A stretch of 64,000 nt of DNA. It comes from Candidatus Moraniibacteriota bacterium (GTDB lineage: Bacteria > Patescibacteriota > Minisyncoccia > Moranbacterales > UBA1568). The stretch spans positions 9,502-73,501 of the forward strand of contig JBAXOD010000003.1 in assembly GCA_037133435.1 (NCBI GenBank). Direction: 5' to 3'. Shown here in pieces: positions 1 through 9,657 of this stretch. A program made the translations under genes and the position numbers. The stretch's first letter is position 1. Each line of letters starts with the position of its first letter. The notes below the pieces were generated by a model. That model was not told the DNA's origin. It saw only the letters and a list, made by a program, of their open reading frames with translations, and ran no database searches.

Positions 1-102
1 TTCTTGGCCGCGACGCTGTGGCTTTGGTTGCCGTTTTATATCCTGTTTCCGCTTGTCCGAAATTCCAAGGATAAGCTGAAGAAGCTGATGGGTTGGGCGT
101 AA
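1..102 (+). CDS. 3' end of a membrane protein (partial)
   Basis: Frame 1 reads FLAATLWLWLPFYILFPLVRNSKDKLKKLMGWA-stop; hydrophobic and truncated by the window edge. Confidence 0.5.
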   Translation, partial: FLAATLWLWLPFYILFPLVRNSKDKLKKLMGWA

Positions 103-155
103 GACTGAATCTAATACGCGACCGTGAACCGTTGCCGAGTCAGGGAATTGTCGCT

Positions 156-611
156 ATGCATGTATTCGCAAGAAAACCATGGTCGGCACTGGCACTCATC
201 TTGTGGATGAGTGTCATTTTCGCGTTTTCCTCGGTCCCGGGAGGAACGCCGAGCGCCGAGATGCCGCTCACGTACTTTTTGGAGCGGAAGGGAGCCCATG
301 TCTTCGAATATTTCGTCCTTTTGCTGCTCATTTATAACGTTCTCAGGGCGTACTCATCATATGACCATTTCGGCCTGAAACTGGCGCTTGCCGGTCCTCT
401 CTCGCTTCTCTATGCCTTCTCGGACGAGGTTCATCAGCTGGTCGTTCCCGGCCGCGAAGGCAAGCTCGCCGACGTCGGTATCGACGCGATCGGTATCGCA
501 CTTGGGCTGATCGTAATTGCTCTTATGTCCGAGAAGAAAAAAATAAAAAAACGAAAGACCACGAAAAAGAAAATGAACCCAAAGAAAGCCAAGGATCCTT
601 TGAAGAAGTAA
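156..611 (+). CDS. VanZ family membrane protein
   Basis: KGAHVFEY...YAFSDEVHQLVVPGR...DVGIDAIG motifs; hydrophobic helices; ATG 156 preferred over TTG 93. Confidence 0.85.
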   Translation: MHVFARKPWSALALILWMSVIFAFSSVPGGTPSAEMPLTYFLERKGAHVFEYFVLLLLIYNVLRAYSSYDHFGLKLALAGPLSLLYAFSDEVHQLVVPGREGKLADVGIDAIGIALGLIVIALMSEKKKIKKRKTTKKKMNPKKAKDPLKK

Positions 612-638
612 CCCTCGAAATCTGTTATCTGGTATTGA

Positions 639-2024
639 ATGAGTATGAGTGAACTGAGGATGTATGGACGAGCACAAATAGACCCTGTCGTCCCGAAAAA
701 ACCGATAGAAGAAACGCCTGTGGAAAAGCCGCAGGAAGCGGAGTTTGATATCGTTGATGCTCCGGAGCCGGAAGCAGCAGACCCGGCGGTATCGCCGGAC
801 GGGGATATTGCGAATCGGCGTGGCAACAAATGGGAGACCCGGAAGCGGACCATCGAGATCGAACTCGACGGTATCACGATTTCGCTCGAGGCTGAAACCT
901 ACGACTACGACTATCCCGAGAAGATCCAACAGGAGACCGGGATTTTGGGCTATGAGAGGACGAGGATATCGAATGAATCGATGTTTAATTTTTACAGACA
1001 ATATTATAAGGAACGACATGGGTTTAGTTTTGAAGAACATGGAATAACAGATCAGGCGGAAATGGAAAAATTTATAGCGCCCTTAATCGAAGACGCAAAT
1101 AAGATAGCAAAATCGGATTGGCAAATTACTATCTGCGAAAAGAAGATGACTGAAACAACAATTAAATCAAAAAAACGAGAATATGAAAAATTGATAAAAA
1201 ATGAAAAAGAAAAAAAATCTGAGCCTTTAACGAGAATAGATTTGGCCTTTAAAGACTCAAGCTTAAGAGATGAGAATCGTTATAAAATAAACATTCCTCA
1301 TATAAAAAAGTCTTCACTACTAGCACTATCAGGTGGTGAATATCCGGATCATTGCTATACTCATGTTTTAGGTGCATATGGTTACGAGCAAGAACATCAA
1401 AATGAGATGCTCAAGAATACATGGGAAGATCGCATATTTACCCAAAAAATATATGATCTTGAACGCATCAAAAAAAATGGCAATCTAATGATAAAGGAAG
1501 ACAATCCCAGGCATTCCCGTTTTTATTTATATAATAAGAAAACGGGGGAAAAATCAAGTGATGGTCTTCTTTTAAATGAAATGCTGCAAGAGCCATATCT
1601 GACAATGATTAAGAATGACGAGGTTTATGTGGAGGGGGCTATTTTTACGTACGCCAGTAGATTCTGGGGCTATAATTATGATAATTTTTCAGTAGGTTTC
1701 CCCGTGGAAATGGAACAGTTTCAGAGAGAATACTTATTGAAAGTAATGGAAAATGATTCTTGGGGAAAATATTTAGCGGAAGATATGCTTAATTTCGCGG
1801 AAGATTTTTTGTCGGGAGGTGAAGAATATAAAGAAGGTAATTTAGTGGTAGGGGGCCTTAGCGAAGCTCAATATCCTATTATCATTAATCATTCAGAAAT
1901 CCCTCAACTCGCTTGGGGTCATGCCAAATACGCGCACTATTCCAACGACAAGAGCTTCAACTTCTTCAAATTCCGCCACGCAGATCATTTGCCGGTACCC
2001 GCAAGCGCAAAGGCGGTGGAGTAG
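639..2024 (+). CDS. Hypothetical protein, 461 aa, with an AT-rich core
   Basis: Long ORF; no family recognised; GC-rich ends and AT-rich middle. Confidence 0.75.
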   Translation: MSMSELRMYGRAQIDPVVPKKPIEETPVEKPQEAEFDIVDAPEPEAADPAVSPDGDIANRRGNKWETRKRTIEIELDGITISLEAETYDYDYPEKIQQETGILGYERTRISNESMFNFYRQYYKERHGFSFEEHGITDQAEMEKFIAPLIEDANKIAKSDWQITICEKKMTETTIKSKKREYEKLIKNEKEKKSEPLTRIDLAFKDSSLRDENRYKINIPHIKKSSLLALSGGEYPDHCYTHVLGAYGYEQEHQNEMLKNTWEDRIFTQKIYDLERIKKNGNLMIKEDNPRHSRFYLYNKKTGEKSSDGLLLNEMLQEPYLTMIKNDEVYVEGAIFTYASRFWGYNYDNFSVGFPVEMEQFQREYLLKVMENDSWGKYLAEDMLNFAEDFLSGGEEYKEGNLVVGGLSEAQYPIIINHSEIPQLAWGHAKYAHYSNDKSFNFFKFRHADHLPVPASAKAVE

Positions 2025-2030
2025 GATAGG

Positions 2031-2430
2031 TGTCTTTGCGAGGAATCTGCGACGAAGCAATCCAGTCACGTCGTTCGCGAACGACGGTGACCAGGGGGTT
2101 GGGTCGGGAGTAGGAAACTTGGATTGCCACGCCCCGAGAACGGGGCTCGCAAAGACAGAGGGAACAAGGCTGAGGAACCGGGACTGGATTGCCGCGGATG
2201 AGTACATCCTCGCAAAGACGACAGGAATGGAGACGGGAAAAGGGACGACAAGTATAGGGATCAGGAAATGGAAACTTGGATTGCCACGGGCGACTACGCC
2301 CTTGCAAAGACGGAGGGAGCCGGGAAGAATTGAAAAGCGAGGTCTGTCTTTGCGAGCGGAGCGAAGCAATTCAGGAATCGGAATACTTCTGGGCCGCCAC
2401 GGACTTCGCCGACTCGTCCTCGCGGAGACG
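2031..2430. repeat. Cluster of REP-like palindromic repeats (GGATTGCCAC...CTCGCAAAGAC and its complement GTCTTTGCGAG...AAGCAATC)
   Basis: Copies at about 2031, 2121, 2186, 2278, 2345, 2394; further copies at about 24847 and 44638. Confidence 0.8.
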
Positions 2431-2509
2431 GACAAGGGAGAGGGCAGAAAAAAATCCTCCGATTACTCGGAGGATTTTTTCTGACGAAGATATCAGGAGT
2501 GAAGCTGAA

Positions 2510-2860
2510 CTACAGGCTCTTGATTTTCTCGACGAGGGCCTTGAAGGCGTTCTCGTCGCGGACGGCGAGGTCGGAGAGGACCTTGCGGTCGAGTTCCACC
2601 TTCTTGGTCTTCAAGACGCCGATGAAGGCGCTATAGCTGATGTCGAAGGAACGGAGCGCGTTCCCGAGGCGGATGATCCAGAGTGAACGGAAGGTGCGCT
2701 TCTTGTTGTGGCGGTCGCGATACGCGTAGGCGCCAGCCTTCATGACGGCCTGCTTGGCGGCGGCATACTGTCGGCTGCGGCCCCAGCGGTAGCCCTTGGC
2801 CATCTGGAGGACGTTCTTTCGTCTTTTGCTTGCGGCGACGCCGCGCTTTACTCGGGTCAT
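2510..2860 (-). CDS. rplT: 50S ribosomal protein L20
   Basis: [29 protein letters not shown]...[10 protein letters not shown]. Confidence 0.98.
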   Translation of the reverse strand: MTRVKRGVAASKRRKNVLQMAKGYRWGRSRQYAAAKQAVMKAGAYAYRDRHNKKRTFRSLWIIRLGNALRSFDISYSAFIGVLKTKKVELDRKVLSDLAVRDENAFKALVEKIKSL

Positions 2861-2939
2861 AGGATTGTCTGGATTTCCTGATTACGAAATATCGGTCAAT
2901 GGTACCCTGGATACGGTAGGAAGTCAACCGGGACCGCGT

Positions 2940-3137
2940 TTACGCGTACGGGAGGGCGCGCTTCACGTTCTGTTCTTCCTTCGCCACCGCGAATCCGACG
3001 TCGCGCCGCTTCGCATTGATTTCCGACCCGGAATAGCGGGAATTGTAGTGGTTCTGTCCTGTCGCGCGATGAATCAGTTTGCCGCTGCCGGTGACCTTGA
3101 TCTTCTTCACGACCGATTTCTTCGTTTTCTGCTTCAT
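2940..3137 (-). CDS. rpmI: 50S ribosomal protein L35
   Basis: MKQKTKKSVVKKIKVTGSGK...LPYA; lies between infC and rplT. Confidence 0.95.
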   Translation of the reverse strand: MKQKTKKSVVKKIKVTGSGKLIHRATGQNHYNSRYSGSEINAKRRDVGFAVAKEEQNVKRALPYA

Positions 3138-3169
3138 ACGGTTGTCTTATGCTGATACGATGTTAGGCG

Positions 3170-3718
3170 TTATTCCGGGATGATGACCATGCTGATGCCG
3201 TTGCGCATTCCCTTGATCTCTTCCTCCACTTTGTAGGGGATGGCGAGGAGATCGAGGAATTCCTTCATGGATTCTTTCGCGCGGTCGCGCATCGCCTTCT
3301 CACGTCCGCGAAGGAGCAGTTCTATCCGTACCTTGTGGCCTTTTGAAAGGAATTTTTCCGCCTGATCCTTCTTGAAGAGGAGATCGTGCCTGTCGACGCG
3401 GAGTCCGATACGGATACCCTTGATGTCGATCTTTTTCTGGTTGCTCTTGGCCTGCTGTTCCTTCTTGGTCTGTTGGTATTGGAATTTCCCGTATTCGAGG
3501 ATCTTGCACACCGGGGGGACCGCCTGTGGTGAGACTTCGATGAGATCGAGTTCGTCCGCCCGTGCGATCTCCAGGGCCTGCGCGACGGACATCTCGCCGA
3601 GCGACTCGCCGTTTAAGCCTATCACGAAAATGACCGGCGCGGTGATTTGCTCGTTGTGCCGGAATTTCTGCTTGATCTGCGGCTTCGGTTTCGGCCTTCT
3701 GCTGCGTCTGCGTCTCAT
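3170..3718 (-). CDS. infC: Translation initiation factor IF-3
   Basis: NEQITAPV...LDLIEVSPQAVPPVCKILEYGKFQY...FLSKGHKV. Confidence 0.97.
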   Translation of the reverse strand: MRRRRSRRPKPKPQIKQKFRHNEQITAPVIFVIGLNGESLGEMSVAQALEIARADELDLIEVSPQAVPPVCKILEYGKFQYQQTKKEQQAKSNQKKIDIKGIRIGLRVDRHDLLFKKDQAEKFLSKGHKVRIELLLRGREKAMRDRAKESMKEFLDLLAIPYKVEEEIKGMRNGISMVIIPE

Positions 3719-3815
3719 ATGGTAGCGTCAGAAGCTTCGGAAGCTGCAAGAGCTTCAAGAGCTTAAATATATATTTCGCGTTACCGAAGTTTTTGAGGCT
3801 TCGGTACGCTTCCTG

Positions 3816-4210
3816 TGGAGTTGATGGGAATCGCACCCATGTCCAAACGGGTTTTTCCAGAACCGCCTACAAGCATAGTCAGCCTTTGGTTCCCCGGAAA
3901 GCGGAAAGGCGGACGGAAATCCTTCCGGGACCTCTTTTCATGCCGGGCCGACTGAGTGAATCGAGGTAAGACTCGTGTCGGTCCGCCTGATGGTATGACA
4001 CCGGATGACCCTTATCAGACATCGGGGGTCCGATGGCTCTCGCGAATTAGGCGAGGGCTGAAGCGAAAGACGGGGAGAACGCGTTAGCGAACGCCATCTT
4101 CACCTTTGATACGATGTTGGCAGTTATCGTGTGCGGGGATTTTTTACGATGATTCCCCATCATCGGCTTGCAGGTTCTGAATGAACGCGCTGTCGAAACT
4201 AAACAACCCC
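3816..4210 (-). ncRNA. ssrA: tmRNA
   Basis: 5' GGGGTTG pairs with 3' CAACTCC-A including the G3.U alanine determinant; T-arm ATGGG-TGCGATT-CCCAT; tag frame ANIVSKVKMAFANAFSPSFASALA-stop at 4121-4047; smpB upstream. Confidence 0.93.
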
Positions 4211-4280
4211 CGCCCGCAACGCTTCGCCAGCTCGCCACGCTGCGCTTGCGCTGCTGGCGAGCGTAGCGATGCGGGCGGGC
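4209..4280. repeat. Long copy of the CCGCCCGCAACGCTTCGC...GCGTAGCGATGCGGGCGG palindromic element
   Basis: Same termini as copies at 48059, 34618, 22885, 22294, 11836 and 24603. Confidence 0.8.
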
Positions 4281-4342
4281 CCCTTGCCTGTAAATGCTAC
4301 GAATAATCGTTGCAAACGGGCCTCGAAACATATTGGAAAGCG

Positions 4343-4603
4343 TTATGAACGGGGACTTTCTAAGTCGCTCAGCCTTCTTTTCAAATAGGCTCTTCCAAAA
4401 CCAGTTTTCAAATCCTTTTCTCTACTGATTGCATCCGTCAAATGATTTGATGCCTCGTAATAGAGTAATATAAACGGAACGCGATTCCTCGTCGATTGGA
4501 CTTTTCCAGCATTATGCTCCTCAAATCGCCGACTCAAATCATTTGTATGTCCGACATACAGTTTATTGTCCTTGAGACTCTTAAGTACATACACATAGTA
4601 CAT
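4343..4603 (-). CDS. Stand-alone GIY-YIG nuclease family protein
   Basis: YYVYVLKSLKDNKLYVGHTNDLSRRFEEHN...AISREKDLK; AT-rich. Confidence 0.9.
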   Translation of the reverse strand: MYYVYVLKSLKDNKLYVGHTNDLSRRFEEHNAGKVQSTRNRVPFILLYYEASNHLTDAISREKDLKTGFGRAYLKRRLSDLESPRS

Positions 4604-4648
4604 ATAAGTACATACACATAGTACATATCTCTTGCGTCATTGACAATT

Positions 4649-5095
4649 TCACTTTTCACGCATCGCCCTGCCGATGTCTTTTCCGGCCTCGCGCTTCTTG
4701 ATCGCCTCCCGTTTATCGATCTGTTTTTTTCCTTTTCCTACCGCAAATTCAAGCTTCACGAGTCGGTTCTTAGTGTACACCCGAACGGGGACCAAAGTCA
4801 AGCCTTCGACGCGCGATTTTCCTATGAGTGAGCGGATTTCTGAACGGCGCAGGAGAAGCTTCCGCGAGCGGCGGTCTTCGTGACGCGTATCCTTGTGGGC
4901 GAGCGGATATGCGGAAATCAGGGAATTCATGAGAAAGAGCTCATTCCCGTGGGCGACCACGAAGCTTCCCTTGAGACTCATATGTCCGGCTTTGGCCGAT
5001 TTCACTTCCGCTCCGGTCAGTATCAAACCCGCCTCAAACCGGTCGGTGAGGGCGTAATCGAATGGAGCGCGTCTGTTTACGGAGAGTGTTTTCAT
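4649..5095 (-). CDS. smpB: SsrA-binding protein
   Basis: NRRAPFDY...FEAGLILTGAEVKS...RKLLL...GKGKKQIDKRE. Confidence 0.97.
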   Translation of the reverse strand: MKTLSVNRRAPFDYALTDRFEAGLILTGAEVKSAKAGHMSLKGSFVVAHGNELFLMNSLISAYPLAHKDTRHEDRRSRKLLLRRSEIRSLIGKSRVEGLTLVPVRVYTKNRLVKLEFAVGKGKKQIDKREAIKKREAGKDIGRAMREK

Positions 5096-5485
5096 GGCTT
5101 CACTCTACCGCGATACGGCTGCGTCGACAAGGTTGGGAGATATAAAAAAGGACACCTTGGTGTCCTTTGTCGTCGTTCCGGCTCTATTGGGCTATATACA
5201 TATTATTTCTGCGTGTTTCTAAAACGGGATCGGTTACAAATTTTTGTTCATCGTTCTCTTGTGGAACGTGCCCCTCTTTCTTTTGGGTTCCGTATTTGAT
5301 TTTATATATTTCCGCGACACGCTCGGCGGCTGACTTTCCTTTGACAGGGTTCTTTTCTTGAGTCATTGCTCATCCCTCCGGATAATTGAAATGTTAACGA
5401 AATTCTTTCGACCTTGATTTTTTATCATAAATGGAAAGAGAGCGCAAGTCTTCACGATGAAGGCATTTTCCCGTAGGATGGGAAT

Positions 5486-7099
5486 ATGAAGACTCAATGG
5501 GAGGAACACATCGGGACTGCGATAGCGGAGCTGCAAGGGGAAGGCCGGCTTCCTGTTTTTGACGTGCCCAAGATCAGCGTCGAGTGGACCCGGGACGAGC
5601 GGTTCGGGGAATATGCCAGCAATGCGGCGCTCGCGCTCGCGAAGCTCGCGAAAAAATCGCCGATGGAACTCGCGAAACTTATCGCCGACAAGCTTGAATC
5701 GGCTGCGGACGGACATATCGAGGTCGCCGCGCCGGGATATATCAATATCACGCTTTCGCAGTCGGCACTTTCCGCCGTCGTGGAGGAGATTCTCGAGCGT
5801 GGCGGGAAATATGGCGACAGCGGTATCGGCGAAGGGGTGTCGGTGAACAATGAATTCGTTTCCGCGAATCCGACGGGACCGATGCATCTTGGGAACGGGC
5901 GGGGAGGGTTCTTCGGCGACGCGCTTTCGAACATCCTGCGCAAGACGGGATATACGGTCATCAGTGAATTCTACGTCAACGACGCCGGTGGACAGGTGAT
6001 GAAGCTCGGGCACAGCGTTTTGCGCGATGAGCAGGCGGTATATGAAGGGGAGTACATCGATGAGATACGGGAGCGGTTCGATATCGGCGATGAGTCCGCG
6101 GCAGACGATGCACGCGTGCGCGAGGTCGGGACGATGGCCGCGGACTTCGTTCTTGCGGAATATATCCGAAAGACGCTCGAGGAAAAGATGCATATCACGT
6201 ACGATTCCTTCATTTCGGAGCGTACGGACATCGTCGGCAAGGGATTCGCGGATCGGGCGATCTCGATACTTCGCGATAAGGGGCTGACGTATGAGCAGGA
6301 CGGAGCGCTCTTTCTTCGCACGACGGATTTCGGGGACGACAAGGATCGGGTGCTGATCAAATCCGACGGGAACCGTTCCTATTTCGCTTCGGATTGCGGT
6401 AACTTCCTCTCCAAGCTGGATCGTGGCGCGACCCGTCTCATTTTGGAGCTCGGTGCGGACCATCACGGATATGTCCCGCGCATCAATGCCGCGGCGCGTG
6501 CGCTCGGTTTCGAAGGTCGTTTCGATATCTATCTGCATCAGCTGGTACGGCTCGTGAAGGACGGCAAGGAAGTGCGCATGTCGAAGCGCGCGGGGAACGT
6601 GGTGACGATCGACGAACTCGTCGACCTGGTCGGGCACGACGTCGCACGGTTTTTCTTCCTCATGTTGTCGCTCGATACGCACATGAATTTCGACCTTGGG
6701 CTCGCAGAGGAGCGGTCGGAAAAGAACCCGGTGTATTACGTACAGTATGCGCATGCGCGGCTTTCCAGCATCCTGCGAAAGGCAGAGGAAAGCGGTTTTT
6801 CGGCGGAAGGCGCGGATTTGTCGCTTCTGGTCAACCTGAAGGAGCGAGGATTGTTTCGTGAACTTTTGCTGTTTCCCGAATTGTGCGTCGAGGTGGCGGA
6901 TACGGGCGCGGTACACAAGCTTCCGCAGTACGCGATCCGGCTTGCCGACCGACTCCATTCCTTTTATGCCGATTGCCGCGTGATCGACGAGGGAAATCGG
7001 GAGCTGTCCGTGGCACGGCTCGCGTTGGTTACGGCTATCCGGACCGTTCTCGCCGAGACGTTGCGGCTGATCGGCATCGAGCCGCTTGAAAAGATGTGA
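5486..7099 (+). CDS. argS: Arginine--tRNA ligase
   Basis: EFVSANPTGPMHLGNGR, GADHHGY, MSKRAG, YVQYAHAR. Confidence 0.97.
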   Translation: MKTQWEEHIGTAIAELQGEGRLPVFDVPKISVEWTRDERFGEYASNAALALAKLAKKSPMELAKLIADKLESAADGHIEVAAPGYINITLSQSALSAVVEEILERGGKYGDSGIGEGVSVNNEFVSANPTGPMHLGNGRGGFFGDALSNILRKTGYTVISEFYVNDAGGQVMKLGHSVLRDEQAVYEGEYIDEIRERFDIGDESAADDARVREVGTMAADFVLAEYIRKTLEEKMHITYDSFISERTDIVGKGFADRAISILRDKGLTYEQDGALFLRTTDFGDDKDRVLIKSDGNRSYFASDCGNFLSKLDRGATRLILELGADHHGYVPRINAAARALGFEGRFDIYLHQLVRLVKDGKEVRMSKRAGNVVTIDELVDLVGHDVARFFFLMLSLDTHMNFDLGLAEERSEKNPVYYVQYAHARLSSILRKAEESGFSAEGADLSLLVNLKERGLFRELLLFPELCVEVADTGAVHKLPQYAIRLADRLHSFYADCRVIDEGNRELSVARLALVTAIRTVLAETLRLIGIEPLEKM

Positions 7100-7154
7100 T
7101 AATCGTGATACAATGGTGGGGTAGTTTTCTGAGAACCGGTGATTCTTTCCGACT

Positions 7155-7328
7155 ATGAAACAAACGCCAAGAGGAAAAGATGAGAAAGCATTCCTTTTCG
7201 CCGCGAAGGTGACCCTTTCGATCGTCGCAACACTGATCATCGCCGCCGGAATCGACGTATCTTCTTCCGTACATGGGGCGAAGCACTTCTTCGGGGAAGT
7301 GGCGCATGCGGCACGTGTATCATATTGA
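7155..7328 (+). CDS. Small single-TM protein (57 aa, below the ORF-track cutoff)
   Basis: MKQTPRGKDEKAFLFAAKVTLSIVATLIIAAGIDV...; fills the argS-phosphatase gap on the same strand. Confidence 0.5.
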   Translation: MKQTPRGKDEKAFLFAAKVTLSIVATLIIAAGIDVSSSVHGAKHFFGEVAHAARVSY

Positions 7329-7374
7329 ATAGCAGAGAGCATAATCGAGATTTTTACCCTGACTGTTTGCCATT

Positions 7375-7986
7375 ATGGGACAAGCGACAGTCTTTTTTCT
7401 TATACGGCACGGGGAAGCTGAATCGAATACCCGACGCATCTTGGATTCGTTTCCCGGAAATCCCGCTTTCGGTCTGACTGAGAACGGCCGACAGCGGGTA
7501 GCGCTCTCTGCGGCCGCCATGGCAGCTGAGGGAATAGACGTTATTTTTTCGTCTCCGATGAGACGGACACGCGATACGGCGGAAATCATTTCGGAAGCAT
7601 GCGGCGGTATGTCGATACGGTTCGACGAACGACTGCGGGAATCTGATAATGGCATATGGAATGGGAGGTCTCTCGATGAGTTCAGGGAAAGACACCCTGA
7701 TTGGTCATCAAATATAGACGGTGATGTCGAGGAGGGGACCGAAGGTTATCCAGCCATGCGGGAACGAATGGTCGAAGTAGTCCAAAACGCGCTTCGTGAA
7801 TTTGTCGGTTGTCGGATCGCTATCGTTTCGCACGGAGACCCTCTTGTGCAACTTCACGGCGCTCTGCTCGGTGAAACTGTCATGGAGAGTATAAGCGAAG
7901 AGAATTGGTATCCCGAGACGGGATCGGCGACCCGGATCGAGATGGATTCCGATGCCGTGTCACGCCTGTTGTCTGGGAACGGATAG
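7375..7986 (+). CDS. Histidine phosphatase (phosphoglycerate mutase-like) family protein
   Basis: LIRHGE, SSPMRRTRDTA, LRE, IVSHG motifs. Confidence 0.92.
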   Translation: MGQATVFFLIRHGEAESNTRRILDSFPGNPAFGLTENGRQRVALSAAAMAAEGIDVIFSSPMRRTRDTAEIISEACGGMSIRFDERLRESDNGIWNGRSLDEFRERHPDWSSNIDGDVEEGTEGYPAMRERMVEVVQNALREFVGCRIAIVSHGDPLVQLHGALLGETVMESISEENWYPETGSATRIEMDSDAVSRLLSGNG

Positions 7987-8003
7987 CGCTATACTGGGGA
8001 TAT

Positions 8004-8483
8004 ATGAGGGAAGATCATCGTGAAACCATCGAAGTACATGTGGCAGGTATCTGTCTGCGGGAAACGGAGGCCGGTATATTGGTATTGATCGCGAAACGCC
8101 GCGAGAACCGGACGCTCTATCCCGGTCTCTGGGAATGCGGCGGCGGGCAAGTGCGTGCCGGCGAGAATTTTGATGAGGCGATCGCCCGGCAGATGCAAGA
8201 GGAATTCGGGATCCATATCGGTGAAGCGACCCCGTTCTCGACCTATGAGATCGCCGTACCGGATCTGCCGCAGACGAAGATCCCCGGTCTCGAATTCGTG
8301 TGTTCCTTCAAGGGGTATACGAAGAATCAGTCCGATCCGGTATGCGATATCCGGGAGCATTCCGAATGCCGATGGCAATCGATCGATGATTTATCGGGAT
8401 TTGACTTTATTCCCGGAATACGGGATGATATTCGTGATGGGTGGGAAATATATTCCCGGAATCGGGATATTCTCATGCGGTAG
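8004..8483 (+). CDS. NUDIX hydrolase
   Basis: PGLWECGGGQVRAGENFDEAIARQMQEEFG Nudix box variant. Confidence 0.85.
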   Translation: MREDHRETIEVHVAGICLRETEAGILVLIAKRRENRTLYPGLWECGGGQVRAGENFDEAIARQMQEEFGIHIGEATPFSTYEIAVPDLPQTKIPGLEFVCSFKGYTKNQSDPVCDIREHSECRWQSIDDLSGFDFIPGIRDDIRDGWEIYSRNRDILMR

Positions 8484-8529
8484 GAGCGTACAATACAACC
8501 GGCGTCAATGGGGCCCAGTCCGCAATGCT

Positions 8530-8830
8530 ATGGCGTTGCAGACGGATATCACCTCTGAGCTGGCCTCATGAGAGGCAGGCGCGCCTCGGAAAGAAACGTT
8601 ATGTATGGCTGATAGTCAGCCTTCGCAAATGCATCTTATGAGGGCGGTCCGCCTTCGCAAATGCTTCGGCATGACGCTGTAGAATCCGACGGGTAGGCCC
8701 GTAATAGCCGCAATGAAGGCAAGTGCTTCCCCATTTGGTTTTTGTGAATTGGGGTTTGTGTTTTGCGAAGTGAAGGTGGTACCACGGTTTTTCCGTCCTT
8801 CCCTGTTTTTCGGGGAGGGATTTTTGTTTA
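8530..8830 (+). promoter_or_regulatory. T-box riboswitch (Ile) with terminator
   Basis: T-box GAAGGTGGTACCACGG (TGGTACC 8777-8783); antiterminator partner CGTCCTTC; terminator about 8796-8826; GCTG then GA-ATC specifier (Ile codon 8684-8686); ileS downstream. 5' boundary approximate. Confidence 0.82.
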
Positions 8831-8892
8831 TAATGAGAAATGGGGTGAAATGGGTGTAAAGGGGGGAATATCGAGCGGAATACGCATTCATT

Positions 8893-9570
8893 ATGATCAA
8901 GCCGGAACGAAAACCATACGGGTATCGGGATTTACTCGCCTATAAGAAGGCCGAGGAATTACAGTTTTCCTGTATGGAATTGACTCATGTGTTTCCGAGG
9001 ATAAAGACCTTGATCGCATTGGCCGATCAGATGGATCGCTCGGCGAGGTCGGTGAAACAGAATATCGTGGAAGGGTGGAAACGGAATTCGACGAAGGAGT
9101 ATTATGATTTCCTGGGATTTTCGATCGGGGCGAATACGGAATTGGAGGAGGATTGTGACGATATTTGGAAGGGGATGTACCCGGAATTGATGAGGGAAAG
9201 GGGTGTAATGGGATGGGAACAAAAGGACAAGATGGGTGAAAGGGAAGTAACGGGTCAGGATCAAGGAGGGGAAATGGGAGCAAAGAGAGGGTTGGATATC
9301 GAGAAATTGAAATTCTATCCGTTGGATGCGGGGTTGCCGAAAGTGGTACGATTGAAATTGAGATGCAAGGAATTGAATTTCCTACTCGATCGGCTTCAAA
9401 AATCGTTGATTGAAAAGATGAAAGAGGAAGAAACCCTTTCATGGAAAGATAAACGATTCCTTGTCAAAGACGTGAAGCGGAAGGAAGAAGACTACGATGA
9501 AAAGATACTTAGGGAAAACGGATTGAAACGCCTTGAGAACGGCCAAGTAGTGGAAGATACCGAAGTATAG
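8893..9570 (+). CDS. Four-helix-bundle protein (23S rRNA IVP/TIGR02436-like) with C-terminal extension
   Basis: YRDLLAYKKA...LADQMDRSARSVKQNIVEGWKRNSTKEYYDFLGFSIGANTEL. Confidence 0.88.
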   Translation: MIKPERKPYGYRDLLAYKKAEELQFSCMELTHVFPRIKTLIALADQMDRSARSVKQNIVEGWKRNSTKEYYDFLGFSIGANTELEEDCDDIWKGMYPELMRERGVMGWEQKDKMGEREVTGQDQGGEMGAKRGLDIEKLKFYPLDAGLPKVVRLKLRCKELNFLLDRLQKSLIEKMKEEETLSWKDKRFLVKDVKRKEEDYDEKILRENGLKRLENGQVVEDTEV

Positions 9571-9657
9571 AAAACATCGATATTTCCATTACATCCATTA
9601 TTCTCCTTACTCCTTTTTCCCATTACGCCCTTCCCCCCCATTAACCCCATTTGTCTT

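Noticed and set aside
639-2024. Possible second DGR target
   Set aside because: Its 3' end shows no similarity to TR; no second VR was noticed by eye in the window, though remote targets elsewhere are not excluded
2031-2430. Possible CRISPR array
   Set aside because: Repeats are degenerate, occur in both orientations, have irregular spacing and no cas genes nearby; REP-like instead
4047-4331. 94-aa minus-strand ORF
   Set aside because: Overlaps the tmRNA; only its last 24 codons are meaningful, as the tag frame
5363-7342. Long antisense ORFs (also 15257-16909, 21739-23463, 37102-38391, 46855-48123, 60500-61864)
   Set aside because: Shadows of clear housekeeping genes on the opposite strand, expected with GC-rich codon usage
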